From contig LSRY02000022.1 in NCBI GenBank assembly GCA_001643675.2, forward strand, positions 620,001 to 684,000: 64,000 bases of DNA, read 5' to 3'. Made by a program: the position numbers and the translations under genes. Positions 26,200 through 39,674 of this stretch are shown here, one piece after another (the stretch's first letter is position 1; each line of letters begins with the position of its first letter). The notes beneath the pieces were generated by a model that was not told the DNA's origin, ran no database searches, and saw nothing but the letters and a program-made list of their open reading frames with translations. Source of the DNA: Monocercomonoides exilis PA203 (Eukaryota > Protista > Preaxostyla).

Positions 26200-29100
26200 C
26201 GCATACAATAAGAGACACAATGAATGTTTTGCTTCAATAATGGGTTCAACCATTCGATAAATATATACTTTTCTTTTGCAATGAGCTTTCTTCAGTCTGT
26301 ACTCGAATCGAGCCTGTATTCCATATCTCCTTGCATTATCGGACCTTCGAGCAGATAGGGATTCGAACAACCACTATAGCATATTTTCATCAACAGCAGC
26401 TACAATTCCAACACAAAATATTGCTAAGGGACTTGAAAACACATCAAGCCGAGAGGATCACTTTGTTTCAAACTTGCTCTATCCGCCTTTCCAACGAACT
26501 TCTAGCTATGCTCAGTCCAAAATTATTTCCGTTCCAGCAACACTTGAATAACACCCAATCCATTCTCCGCAAACGATGCAGCAGCAGAATATTCTTTTAA
26601 CGATAGACACTTCGCAAGAACATCTGATGGAGAAAGATAATTATCAACCGAACTTCAAATACATTTGTCTCTCACTTTTCGGGGAAAAAACAAAGGATTA
26701 AATATTCGAAATGCATTTTCCTGAACAAGCAGGCTCAAATTCCACAATTTACTCGAATTTCTCAGCACCTCCGTTCATTCCAGAGGCTATCCACCCGATT
26801 AAAAGAACATCAAATTGGTGCTACGACGCTCTAGAACAAAATGGATTCAAAATCGAAGAAAATTTTATATCGGCAATAAAAGCGCTTATTATTGGAAAAT
26901 ATATGGTGGATAAGGGATTGGATCCAAGTGCAGTTTTGACTGATTCTTTATTAATGATTGTCAAAGCACTCCAGGAAGCGAGAACACAAAGGATCAAAGC
27001 AGTTTATGGATTCAGGGCCGCAAGAACATCAAAAAAAGTGGATGGAGACCAATTACTGTCCAAGAGGCAACTTGAAACTTTGAAGATCGCTGGACCGAAA
27101 CAAAAATTGCTTCCTCGATCGCAGGGATGGATCAGACCGTACACGAATACATTCTCACTTAAAAACCAGTTTTTTCGGACAAGAAGGATCCCATTTCCAA
27201 GAAGAAAATTCAGTTCAAACAGCAGCAGAAGCTCCCAGAGAACCAGCAGAACTTGGAGCTCCAACCGATGGGATCCTCGAAGGAAGTTGGAGGAAGAACA
27301 AGACTCTTTCTCAAGAACTGGTCCGAAATAGGGACCAGGAGAATTTTTGAGAAGGGGGCTTGTCCTATTTGTAGAAGCAGAGAGGCACTGGACAAGCTGA
27401 AAAAGGACGTCAAATCAGGACATGGTTTTATTGGATCCCAGGAGCAGGAGAGGGAGTTCGGGAAGTGGATAACAAAAGCACTAGATTGTGGAATATTGAA
27501 GAGGATCAAGTTCGAAGATGCAAAATGCCTGAGCAAACTGTTTTTCGTATAGAAGAAGAACGGGAAATGGAGACAAATATTGGACTGCAGACCTCTGAAC
27601 AAAGCCCTGAAATCAATCAAGTTCAAGCTAGAGGATCACAGAACTGTGGAAAAGCTGATGGAAAAGGGAGATTTTGCAACCTCATTGGATCTCTCTCAAG
27701 CATATTCTTTTATTACTGTTCTCGAAGATTTCATCCCGTTTTTGGCTTTCAAATTTCATCAAGAAACAATAGCGTTTCAATGCCTTCCATTTGGAATGAA
27801 GGATGCCCCAAGAATCTTTACGAAGATCATGCGTTCAATTATAAAACTGGTGAGAATGAAATGGAAGGTTCGTTGCATCTCTTATCTGGACGATGTCCTC
27901 TTTCTTCACAAGGACAAACAGAAGCTGTAGTAAATAACAAAGGAGGTTATGGATTGGTTCTCCCAACTTGGTCTGATGGTCAACAAGGAGAAAAGCGAAC
28001 TTCAGGCAATGCAAAGATTCAACTTTCTGGGATGGAAATGGGATTCGATTTAGTCGAAAGTGGCTCTGAACGATGAGAGAATTGTTTCCATTGTTCAGAA
28101 GTATCACACAACGCTGATAAACACAATGAAGAGGTGTTCGATCACAATCAGAAAGTTTGCTTCAATGGTGGGACAAATAAGCGCTGACAGATTTGTCCAC
28201 ACAGACGCATCATTACACATGACAAACCTTTATCAATGCCTTATGAAGAATGTCAACATCAATGGATGGAACGGACAATGTCGACTTCATAATAGAATCA
28301 TTCCAGAATTGACATTTTGGATAAGCGAAGTCAGGAAAAGATAACATTGAACGCTTCTATCTTTTGGCTCCCCTCAGGTGATGATCACAACAGAGGCCTC
28401 GCCATGCGCATGTGGAGGAAGCGTGAAGATAACAGGACAACACAATAAGTCTTTTTTACGTCCCTTTGAACAGAGTTGCTCAGAACCAAACATCAAACTA
28501 CAAGGAATTACTTGCAGTAAAGATTGCGCTAGCAATGTTTTTTCAGGATATTGCAAAACTGTCGGAAAGGAAGGTATTGATTCGCTCAGACAACACATCT
28601 GTTGTTTACAACATAAACAGATGGGGAGCAGGAAAGAATCTGCGACCTTTATTGAAAGAGATCAGGAAACTTGTGGAGAGCCAGGGAATCCAGGTCAAAG
28701 CAGTTCATATTGCAGGAAAAAGAAATGTGGAGGCAGATGCCCTGTCAAGACTCGAGCAGTCGAGAGATTACGAAATCAAAAATCAGGCTCTTCAGATGGC
28801 ACTCAGCAGCCTCAGGATCAAACCGACTCTAGATGCGTTTGACAGTGCAAAGAACAGAAAACTTCAACGGTGGTGTGGACCAGGTAGCAGATTACGTTTG
28901 GACGGTCAAAGCTATCCACGGAAGGGCAAGGTGGTTCAATCCCATCCGCCAATTCCACTGATCCTTCGGACGATGAGGAAAGTTTTGAAGGAGAGAGCGA
29001 AGATGATTCTTCTGATACCGTATTGGAAGAATCAGATTTGGAGCAAGACCCTTCAACTGTGGAATAGACGATTCATGACACTGAGATGTTCACGAATGAT

Positions 29101-29645
29101 ATTCCTTCCATGGAAGGGCTTGAAGGCGAAATGAGCAGCCCTTCCTCCAGGAATTTACCTGGCAATAAGCTTTCTCTTGTCAAGAAGGCTGGCGAACAGC
29201 GGTTTGAGCAGGGTATGTGAAAACTTAATGTTCCGGACAGCATGATAACACACGTGAAAAAAATAGTGTTGCCAAGTCGATACGGACAACATACATATTT
29301 GTATTCGCGCATTTCAATAACGCTTAGATCAAGGGGAATACGGGTGAATTTCCGTCAGATCCTTTGATTTGTGTGAGGAAGTACATGGACACTTTCATAT
29401 GCTTAGACAATGAGGGTTTTCCTCCTCAGTGCTTAAAGAAAAAAGGTTTACAACGTCACTATTTACTAAAAGAATTTACCTTTTGGATTTAGGAACTTTC
29501 CCGTTGTAAAGAAATTCTATCGCCACATCATGAGACATTTTTAGAAAAAAGCTCTATATGAGAAAATTTGGAATCCTCAGGTCCTTTTTTATTATCCCCG
29601 AACTCTGTGGCTCAACGAAACTTTGAGAGTCTTCTCCCTGACACA
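26200..29645 (+). mobile_element. DIRS1-like tyrosine-recombinase retrotransposon remnant 1 (gag, RT, RNase H, MT domain, start of YR)
   Basis: gag-like ORF 26711-27331 overlaps pol. RT: WRQILDCRPLN, SLDLSQAY, LPFGMKDAPRIF, YLDD. RNase H: TEAS, RSDN, HIAGKRNVEADALSR. MT: LDAF..HPPIPL. LYEKIWNP near 29560. Stops and frameshifts; cut by MITE at 29651. Confidence 0.9.
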
Positions 29646-29650
29646 GAAAT

Positions 29651-29921
29651 GGTGGAAAATATGAACTTTCAAGCATTTTTATGCACAAAGCATAAAAAAA
29701 ATTGTTTTTCGAATAACATTATTAAACTAAATCAGATTTCAAAATAAATTTGATTTTCATAATTGAAAACAAACATTGTTGATTTAATAACAAAATGTTT
29801 TGTGACCTCACATGTGTAACAAATAATAAACCTAATTTTTTTCTAAATTTTAATAACAAAAAGTTCATTAATAAGTGCAAAATTTTTCTAAGAAAATGCC
29901 TAAAGTCAAATATTTTGTTCT
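29651..29921. mobile_element. MITE family C copy
   Basis: GGTGGAAAATATGAACTTTCAAGCATTTTT...GAAAATGCCTAAAGTCAAA, homologous to 13381-13646. Confidence 0.7.
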
Positions 29922-30145
29922 ATATCAACGAAATTTCCGTTTCAGAAAATGATAATACTAAAAACAATGAGATTCTTTTTGGGGCAAATATCTTCAAACT
30001 GGAGTGAAGACAAATATATTTTAAATGTATTTTTAATCTGACCAGTCAATTATATTTTTTAAAGTATTTATCATTTCTTGTATTAACAAAGTCATCAATT
30101 TAGCATTCTTTGAACTTGAATATAATTAAATAATAAGTGTCCGCT

Positions 30146-30407
30146 TGTGTGAAAAATTTTGAAATTATAGCTTTTTTAGGTGTGTTGATTATACAAAAAT
30201 AGTTTGCATTTCGGAAGAGATTTTGTATTCAAATGCTAAAAGTTTCACAACTGTTTCAAAACCACATGCATGATCTGAAAAAAAAAAAAAAATAAAGAGG
30301 TCTTGAATATGCCTGTTAACTTTTCAGTGTTCATTTGTTGACATATAAAAGAAATTTACGAGACGAAATTTATGAATGAAATAACATGATTTCAAAAATA
30401 ATCACCC
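30146..30407. mobile_element. MITE family B copy, left end decayed
   Basis: Right TIR ATGATTTCAAAAATAATCACCC followed by ACAT. Interior similar to 31674-31928. Confidence 0.6.
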
Positions 30408-30426
30408 ACATTCTGTTGATTCTATT

Positions 30427-31134
30427 CTACAAAATCCTATGAGACTGAAGCGGTGTGAGAATGAGCGTTATCAAAATGAAAATGAATATCAACTGGTAAA
30501 ACAGAAGTTTTTTCCTCATAGATCTGGCTATATGTTTTAAAATTGAATTCACATTATTTTCCTCATTCATTTTTGTTTTTTCTGGCAGAATAATTAGAAA
30601 AAACAACCAATGGACTGAAATGAGAATTGTATTCATGAATTTCTTATCTGAAAACGGGTAATTCGCAATAGTTAATACTTCAGATAATTCTTTTCTACAT
30701 TCGCATTCGAAATTATACCTTCTGTAGAAAAAGGATTCATCTCCTGTAATCAGTCCTTTAAAATTTCTTTTCTGTAAATCTCTCAATTTCTCCAGTAATT
30801 GTAACCCAGTTTGAACGCGGATTTTTTTCTGATCATCATTCAGTGAGTACGGCACCCACCTAATTTTGTAAGAATGGAGATGTAATTTTTCATGAAGAAT
30901 CCTTAAAATTGTTGTTTTTCCAACACTAAATTGTTCTGCTAACGATCTGGAGCTAATATGAGGATTTTCTTCCACTGCTTGTTGTATCTTCTTTATCAAC
31001 ACTTCATTAGTTGGCTTGCCGTGATTATAATGTCTTTTGTCAATTTCTTTACACTTTTGTATTCTTATGTTCCCTGAATGAATCGTTCTGATATATTGAA
31101 ATTTTTTTACCGTATGAAATCTAAAGCTTTTCAA
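30427..31134 (-). pseudogene. mariner-family transposase, truncated
   Basis: HTH (PHISSRSLAEQFSVGKTTI), RWVPYSL, LITGDESFF. The second Asp HFDNAHSH lies in a shifted frame (~30460). The third Asp is lost at the MITE insertion. Confidence 0.85.
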
Positions 31135-31673
31135 AAATTCGTTCAGTAATCATTCCTGCAAGACTTCAATATTTTGAAATATCAAAAAAAATTTGATTGT
31201 TCATTTTATATTTTCAAAATTTTAAACCTTCGTACAAAATAAAAAGGGATTCCATGAAATTACACTTGTTTTTCTAAACTTTATAAAAGGAAATTTGAAT
31301 AGATCCTTTTTTTATGATCTTGTAACTAATAATTTTATTTTTGTATTGATAATCTTTTTTCCTATTTCGCACATTTTTTGATGAAACACTGATATTGTTT
31401 TGTGGATCAAAAAGATATCAACATTTTTTTTCCATATTTACACACTTTTATTTGCAGATTTTGTTTCAGATTTAAATCTTTATTTCATGAAAAACCTTGT
31501 TGGAAAGCGACTAACAGTTCACTATCATAAATAAGAAAAGAATTTTTCATGAATGAAATTGTCAAAGATGATTGTCTTTTCCAAAGAAATATTGTCATTA
31601 AAATTCATTCTTTGATTTTTAATCATATCTAATTCTTTTTATGAGTTTTTCATTAAATAATGATATATGACAT

Positions 31674-31928
31674 GGGTGATTATTTTTGAAATCAAATTTT
31701 TCCATTTAAAATTTTCGGTTCATGTATTTCCTTTGAACATAAATTCATGATCACTGAAGAGTGAAAAGACTCAATAAAGACATTTGAATAATGATTTCAG
31801 CTGATTCACTTTATCTCAAAACAGTTGTGATAAATTAAGCATTTGAATTCAAAAGCTCTTTCCAATGACAATCAAATTTTGAAAAATCTGCAACCCGAAA
31901 AAAGTTATGATTTCAAAAATAATCACCC
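31674..31928. mobile_element. MITE family B (255 bp)
   Basis: GGGTGATTATTTTTGAAATCA...TGATTTCAAAAATAATCACCC, non-palindromic TSD ACAT/ACAT. Confidence 0.9.
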
Positions 31929-32179
31929 ACATGAAAAATTCACAAGTTTCTTTCTTGTTTTTCAATATTCTTGTGAATAATAGTTGAAAATCGAGAATTC
32001 TGTTATTTGTCATAAGTGTCGAAACAATAAAGTGAAAAACGAAATGAGTATTTGTGTTTAATAGGTTCTTTCTAACAAAACTCTCGATCGAATGTTTTTA
32101 AAAAATAATACGTTTAATTGTCAATATGTTGGTGAACATGAAAAAAAAATTCACAGAAGTAATTTAGAGATTTGATGCT

Positions 32180-33250
32180 GATGTTAATGAAAAACGTTGT
32201 GATGTTGAAATCGAAAAAGGGATAATGGTTGAATTTGACTTTGTGCACGCAGTGAATGAGATGATATCAAAGTTGATGAAAATGACACAAATATTGAAAG
32301 GAATGGTTGAGTTGATGATGATAGAAATGAATTTAATGCATCATATTGAAGAAGAAGGTACCATGCTTGCGTATTGTTGCAAATAAGATCTTCATCGCTG
32401 TCAATGCTTCTTTCTTCATTCAATGTTTGAATTCTTTTTTCATTTCTTATTTCCAGAATTTCTAAATTCGCTTTCTCTCTTTTTTCTTTGGAAATCGCAG
32501 CTGAAATAGTTCCTTGATCAGTATCCGGTATATCTGAAATATGAAATATGGAAAATCGATAAATATAAAAACGAAAAATTAACAAGTTCAAATTAAAAAT
32601 AATGGTCAAAAAAGTGAAGATAAGCCTCCTGTTTCTTCAAAAAATGAAGATATTGTGGGAGTCAACGTTTTTTTAGGATTAAGCCTATTCTTCATTTTCG
32701 CAAGATATGAGGCATTTTCAATCTTTTGAGTTACTTTTCCTTCCTGCATTTTTTCTGTCATTTCATCCAAAAATCTCGTATTTGCTTCAGAATCTATTTC
32801 TGGAAGAGGATAATAAAGAATATGAAATTTTGTTAGACAACAAGCAACAGAAAAATAATCAGCAATTTTTTCGATTTTAAAAACCCATGGTTTGCGAAAA
32901 ACTGTGAATAATGTTTTGAGTCTACCAAATAACTATTCAACAACTTCTCTGAAAGAAACCATCTTGAGAGTTCTGGTTGGTTTTGTGACAATTGCTCCAA
33001 ATTCAGGCTAGGTTTTAATCTAAACAGAATCTGCGAATATTTTTGCACCTTCAAGTTGTGTTTGAAACGAAGGATAATGATTAAAAAATATTAAAAAGTT
33101 ATTTATTGGACCAGAATATATGGAACTGATCGGACTTTCTGTTCCCAGTCCAGGATTCACTCCCACCTCCGCCTTAACGCAATAAATGTGATGTTTCCGA
33201 TAAAATAATTTCTTTCTTCTCTCTGACTATCTTCCAGGTTGATTGATTGG
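32180..33250 (-). pseudogene. Possible intron-containing gene relic, unknown product
   Basis: Coding-like blocks (ISDIPDTDQGTISAAISKEKREKANLEILE; VKAEVGVNPGLGTESP) separated by T-rich intron-like spacers. Confidence 0.3.
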
Positions 33251-33597
33251 TATTTCAGCAATCAACACATTAAAAGTTTTCTTCGAATTTTCCAATTCAA
33301 AAAAAAAAAAAAAAAAACTAACATTTGGTAAGAATATGATTATTTTATTTTATGCATTTTATATTATTGAAAACTTTCAATATTTTTTTGTCCCATCCTT
33401 TTTGAAGTTAAAATCTTGTCATTATTATTTCTAATGTTGACTTTGTTCTAAGAAAGATCTTTTTAATCAAAATTGTGGAATGAAATGTTTTAAGTTGAAA
33501 TATTCGTTTTTTATGTGTAGAATAATAACTATCATTGAATTGTTGAAAACTTTGATAATCTGAAAAAATTATGATATGGAAATTATTTCATATATAT

Positions 33598-33850
33598 GGG
33601 TGATTATTTTTGAAATCATAAATTTTTTAGGAGTGATGATTTTTCAAAGTTTTTTGTCACTGAATAGAGATTTTGTTTTCAAATCGTCAATACATCTCCT
33701 CTGTTTCAAAAACGAATATCTAGCTTGGATAAGCATGTGGATGTCTCTGATAAGCCTTATCATTTTTCAGTGTTCATCTGTTAATATTCAAGGGATAATT
33801 TCGAATCTAAAATTATGTATAAAAAAATGAGCAATTAAAAATAATTCCCC
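33598..33850. mobile_element. MITE family B copy (diverged)
   Basis: ATAT-GGGTGATTATTTTTGAAATCATA left TIR; right end AAAAATAATTCCCC. Confidence 0.7.
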
Positions 33851-34279
33851 ATGACGAAATCAAAAAATTATCTTTATTACCAAAAGTTAGACTTCTTCAA
33901 TTTCATATTGTGATTAATTGAAATTATGAAGGGAGAAAACCCATATCTTAAAGGAAATAATTTTTAAATGGAAAAAATGAACTTAACAGAATAAAAATTG
34001 AACTATTAGAATGAATTATTTGTGATGAACCAAATGTTTGATAATTTATTAGTCCGTGTGTATAAGTTTTATATTTTGTTCGGGTTTTTTCACTAACTAT
34101 AAAAAAAAGAATCCTGCAGTTTGTGATATCAACCAAAACAATATTAAACTCAAAAAGTTATAAAATGAATAATATTTCAATGATAACTATCAACATGAAA
34201 ACCTTCACATATTTGTTTATATTACAAATAATATATTTTTTTTTCAAAAATAGCATGCGGTTATTGAACCAAATTTGTC

Positions 34280-37000
34280 AATGTTTATTAAACTTCCATT
34301 CGCAAGCAATGTCGGTGAAGTCTTCAAAAAAGTCTCCATCTCATGTTGTCATTGTTATCCAAGCCTTGCATTCTTTTGCGAGCTCTATTGATACACCTCT
34401 TTCATAAAGCATGTGAAACCACCAGGCTTCACCTTTCTCCTTGATGAATTCAGTAGGATAACTTTCATCTTCCCTGTAAGAAGGCAGGCTCCCGTATTCT
34501 TCATCCATGGACCCTCCCGAAGAATCTTGGTATTGTAATTCAATTCCAAGCTGTAATAATTGCTCGTTCGAAGCAGGATGTCCCAATTCTGGCCCTTTCA
34601 GCTTGGCAGGAGTATTATCGCTCGAGCTTTCTCCATCTGTGCCTTTCGTATTTCCATCGGAACCAGAGGTATCGGTGGATGAGCGAGAATACACTCGTTG
34701 CTCCAAGGAACTGTCAATCCGTCTTCTGCAATTGGAATGCCTGCTCAACACCATCTTTCCACTTAGTGATTGTGTTCCGATACAAAAGCGTCGAGAGTCG
34801 GTCTCACTTTCAACTTAACAAGAACCTCTTTGAGTGCTTCGTCCTTAATTTCGTATTCACCTGCCCTTTCCAGGCGTGACAGTGCATCTGCTCTGACGTT
34901 CTTTATGCCTGGGAGATGTTGGGTTTTGATTTTCATCTTCATTGAATCTGTCCATATCCATATATAGAATTTAACAAGTCGAAGATTCTTCCAAGCGTTC
35001 CAACAATTCACGTTACAGACTACTGAGCTATTGTCTGATCGGAGTAACTGACGAGCTATTTTGTTGTCCTGGATAGTCTGGGCAAAATGGTGCAGAGCTA
35101 GCAAAACAGCTAGCAATACCCTGTAATTGGACGATTGGCAGCGGGCATAGTTGGGGAACTTGGCGTGACAATCCATACTGTTGTTGTTGACTCTGAATGT
35201 CGCACCCTATGCTCGTTCCTCTGCATCTGTCGTTAACACAGCCTGGGGAATATACACTGGTTGTAATGGTTTCTGTCGGTTTCGTCTCAATATCCTCTTC
35301 CATTCTCTGATCTCCTTGAGGACTGATGCATTCATCCTCATCATCCCGTTCCATCCGACCGCTCTGACACTCTTTTGGAGTAAGTGATGCATAGCTACGA
35401 GATGGAGGGATGCGTCTGGAATGACAAAACGAACTGTGTTTAGCTTCCCAATCGCTAACGCCCAGTCTCTTACACGAACTTGTTTGGCTCATATGTACAA
35501 CTTCTCACAACGTCACAGCAGCTCTTGGAGAGAAGAACGCCTTTCCTCGCTCTCTTGAACTGTAAATTCGTCTGTGTTCCAAAGGAACCCCAAGAGAACA
35601 AACTTCTGTGATGGTTACAGCTGACATTTCTCTTTGTTGATGAGCAATCCTTGTCTTTTTAAAAACAAAATTGCTTCTTCTAAAATCTCCTTCTTCCGTT
35701 CGCAAACCAGATGCAGCATGGTCATATCGTCCAAGTTAGAAACCACTCTGACTTCCCATCTTGCTTTCATCTCCGCTATCACTTTCCTCATTATCTTTGT
35801 GAAAAAATTATGTGCATCTTTATAACCAAATTGCAATCCTTCAAATCAGTTATCTTTTCCCTCCAAGCGAAAACAAAGAAACGGCTTCAGGTCTTTGGAT
35901 ATTGGTATTGAGTAATACGCCTGTGAAAAATCCAATGTTATCGCAAAGTCCCTCTTTTCTATCAAACGCTCAACACTCCGTTCGTTTTCGCATTTGAAAT
36001 GCGATTTCTTCATCAATGCAAACAGCTGCAGACAATCCAGGATCTGGCACCAAGCGACCGACTTCTTCCTGATGAGAAATACATTGTTTCGAAAACTGAC
36101 CTGTTCTAGAGGTATTGCGCTATCGATGTTTGTCTCCAGTTGTTCTTTAAACACGTTTCTGAAAGCCAATCGCTGTTCCATGCTAATGCGGGTTGCTCCG
36201 TCCTCCCATGATTTCTTCCTCAGTGATTCCTTTGCTATTCTGTTTGTCCATGAAGCGTGTGCGCCCAGTCTGATAAGGCTTCCTCCTTTGATCTTGTCCC
36301 ATTCCTCCAAAAACTGCGCTGTCCTGACTCCAATCCTCTCTTGGGACTCCATAAATATTTCCTGTCTACCTCGGAACGTCTTGAAGCACCCTTCTTCCAA
36401 GTCTCCCCTGCCCTTCTCTGGGAACTTCTGAAGCGATACTGACTTCCTGACGTCCGGGGCAACCTCCGAAAAAACTGCCTTCCGCTGAAACTTTTTGACA
36501 GCGCCGCTCGATGGGTTGCTCTGTGATAATCATCTGTTTTTTGGTAAATTTACTATCAAATGCAGCTCTTTGATTTTATTTCAATTCCAGTCTTGTCTCC
36601 TCCAATATATCTTGTTGCTTCTTTGTTTGCAGTACCCCAGTTGTTTCGCCATCCATTTTCCTTGCTGCTAAAAAAACCAAATCTTCCCTGAATTCGAACT
36701 CTTCTTGCTTCCTGCATTGCTTGTGTAATAAGTTTCAAGGCATCTTTTGCAACTTCCTAAGAAGTATTGGTCTTCCTCTTGATATTTTGAATCGATAACA
36801 AAATGGCTTTAAAAGCAGGGAACAGAAATCTTTCTTTTTGTATCCCCGCTTCATCTAATTCATCTCTATACCAATATTCCATTCTAACAGCTGCTGGAGG
36901 ACTGTGACCGATAACAGGGTTGAAATCGAACTTATTTTAGAATGATGATATTTCGTCGATATCAAATCTTAATAATTTTTCATTGAAAAGTGAAATAGTT
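34280..37000 (-). mobile_element. DIRS1-like retrotransposon remnant 2
   Basis: gag MQEARRVRIQGRFGF. RT WCQILDCLQL, TLDFSQAY, QFGYKDA, NLDD. RNase H LTTDA, RSDNSS, HLPGIKNVRADALSR. MT LDAF..AHPPIPL. Confidence 0.9.
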
Positions 37001-37884
37001 GGTTTAGCATTTAACGTTGATATGAAAATATATCCATCGTAACAGTTTCTTGTCCATCACTTTCAATAACAGTTTCAGATATTTATCTTTTTTCCTGGCT
37101 TTGTTCAGCAGTCTGTGAAGGTTGCGAAAAAATTGTTGAAAAGTTCGAAGATGGTTGAAGCGCGTTGCAAGAAGAAATTGATAGCACACCACCAAGAAAA
37201 CAAAAATTTAAAATAAATCCTAACAATTAAAGTTTAAATAAAAAATGTTCACCAAACATTCATAAGTCACAAAAAACGATTTCCAAAAAATTAAATATAC
37301 TCATCATAATTTATTCAAATTTAATTTAAAATATCAAGAAAAAAAAATGTTTCTATCAAAAAATAATATTTCCACATAAAAATATCTAAAATAAAAATTG
37401 ATTTTTAATTACAAACAAATAATATTAAAAACAAAATTAAGATAACCAAAATAAATATATATGAAATTAAAATATTAAAAATTTTAAAAATTAATAAAAT
37501 GTTCAATATTAATGAAAAATAATTAAATAAGTTATTCATCATTCAAATTTTCTATTAAAAAATTATTTAAAACGAAAATTTCAAAAAATAATTAATATCA
37601 AATAGCTATAAATTCTAGATATATTTGAGAAAATATTTAATTTTTGGTAATTAATAATAAAAAATTACATTTTTAAATAAAATAATTTTGTGAATGATGT
37701 GTGAAAAAATAAAAATTAAGTATTTAAATTTTTTATTTAGTATTGAGATTATGAATAAAAGAAATAGTTTTTCTAAACATATAAAAGAAGTAATTGTTAG
37801 AGTTATACAAATAAATTTATTTTGTATAATTATATATATATTAAATATGATTTTTAAATTGTTTTTTTATTGTTTGGCTACATA

Positions 37885-38701
37885 CCGTAAATAATTTTTA
37901 TTCAAAAAATAATTCTAATTTATAAAAAAGTAATTCACTTACGAAAAAGGATGATTAGAATTCGGAATTAATATTTCAATTTAGAAAAAAATAATTCGAT
38001 TTCGGAATTAATAATTTAAAATCAAAAAAATAATTCAAAATCGAAAATTAATAATTCAATTTCATAATTTATTAATTCGATTTCGAAAAAGAATAATTCA
38101 ATTTCGAAAATGAATATTTTTATTGATTTATGGAATGAATAACTTGTGTTTTGGGTTTTAAATTCTTTAATTTGATATTTCATCAGTTAACTTTGTTAAT
38201 CAATATTTGAAAAATGATGATTTTTCACGAAAAATTATTCATTCTTCTTCATTGAAAAAAATATGAGAAGAGTTTATTCAAAAAGAAAATAAATTCATTT
38301 TCATGAAAGAATTGATGTTTTTCTTATTTTTAACCAGAGAAACAAAAAAAGTATTATTGGGAAAAAAATTCTTGTTTATTGTTATGCAATAAATGTGATT
38401 GAAAATTTACAACTTTTATTTGCTTATTTAATAGAATGAATGTTTTTATTATTTTTACCATTTGAGTGATGATTTTCGAAAATGAAAAAAAAATTATCAA
38501 AAATTGATTTATTGATTATTGTTATAAAAAAAACAGTTTTCTTAGAGTAATAATATTTGATTGTTTAAATAATTTCTAAAAATTTTCTGAAATCCATTCT
38601 CGAAACAAATTGAAAATTTCAGTTATAAAATAAATTTCGAAATTGAATTATTTTTTTTCGAAATTAAATTGTTAATTTTCGAATTTGAATTATTTTTGGT
38701 G
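37885..38701. repeat. AT-rich element with inverted arrays of AATAATTC(A/G)ATTTCGAAA-like subrepeats
   Basis: Array at 37900-38110 and its reverse complement at 38630-38700. Right end GGTG-TA, like the 12187 foldback terminus. Confidence 0.5.
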
Positions 38702-38711
38702 TAACTTTTTA

Positions 38712-38882
38712 TTTTGAAATTAGATTTTTTGAATGGATTTAAATACAGCATATTTTTTCTTTTTTTTTTTTCATGGAAGTTTTTAAGCCAGAGTTGCTTT
38801 TTGACTAAGTTATATTTTCACATAAGTTGTAAAAAAAAATTTATGATGTGTGGGTTATTTTTTTTGAAAAGTCGCAGATGTT
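38712..38882. repeat. Dispersed direct repeat, second copy at ~50198-50365
   Basis: TTTTGAAATTAGATTTTT.GAATGGATTTAAATACAGCAT...GAAGTTTTTAAGCCAGAGTTGCTTTTTGACTAA...GATGTGTGGGTTATT present at both loci. Confidence 0.85.
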
Positions 38883-39092
38883 TGATTATGAAATAAATCA
38901 TAGATTTCATATTTTACTCAAATTTTTGTTTTCAAACACCAAACTTCACTAATATAAAATCTATTTCCAAATAATGCTATTTCACACATTCAAAAGAAGA
39001 TTTGTGAGTGAAAACAGAAAATTGAGCAAAATGTGAAATTGTTTTTTAAATTAGAAAATTCAACATTAGAGATTTTTCAGAAAAAATAACTT
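38852..39092. mobile_element. MITE family A copy, right end decayed
   Basis: GGGTTATTTTTTTTGAAAAGTCGCAGATGTTT left TIR. Interior is the inverted equivalent of 18855-19094. Confidence 0.75.
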
Positions 39093-39674
39093 ATCTTCAT
39101 GGTCTCATTGACTTTTTTGATTCATATTTCTCTGAAGCTTCTACTGAAAGGCAGGAACAATTATTTCTTCAAAGTTAAAAATGTTTCATCATTGGTGAAT
39201 CATTTTCAAGTTCACCTCTAATATCTTATTTTCGATATCGTATCGAATATGGACCTGTTGAGCAATTGAAGTGGAATGCTTTATCGATTACAAGAATGAA
39301 GGATTATTTGTTTTTTTTTAAATATTGCAAAGGATCAATATTTCGATCAGTTGACATTTATACGAGTCAAAGTTCATTGCTATTGATAAAAGAAGTATAA
39401 ATGCAAACCGAATGTTTTTCAATCAGGATTGTTATTATTGAAAACTTCCTTTTGTTTAATTCACAAAAAAAATCTTAATTTGTAATTTTTTTCATTTTTC
39501 TGTTCCCTCATTTAAAACTTCACTTAAATGGATTTCAAAACCCAAATAATGTCATTATTTTCATTATTGTGAAGTTAACTGAGTGGTAATTGAAAATTGT
39601 TGGAAATAATGAAATAACTGTTTCATCTGAAAATTATACAAAAGGAAGTTTTCAACAAAAACAAAACAAATAAG

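Noticed and set aside
33110-33180. GC-rich patch as tRNA/ncRNA
   Set aside because: No cloverleaf; reads as a plausible minus-strand exon.
37900-38110. CRISPR-like array
   Set aside because: Degenerate adjacent repeats without unique spacers, in a eukaryotic context with no cas genes.
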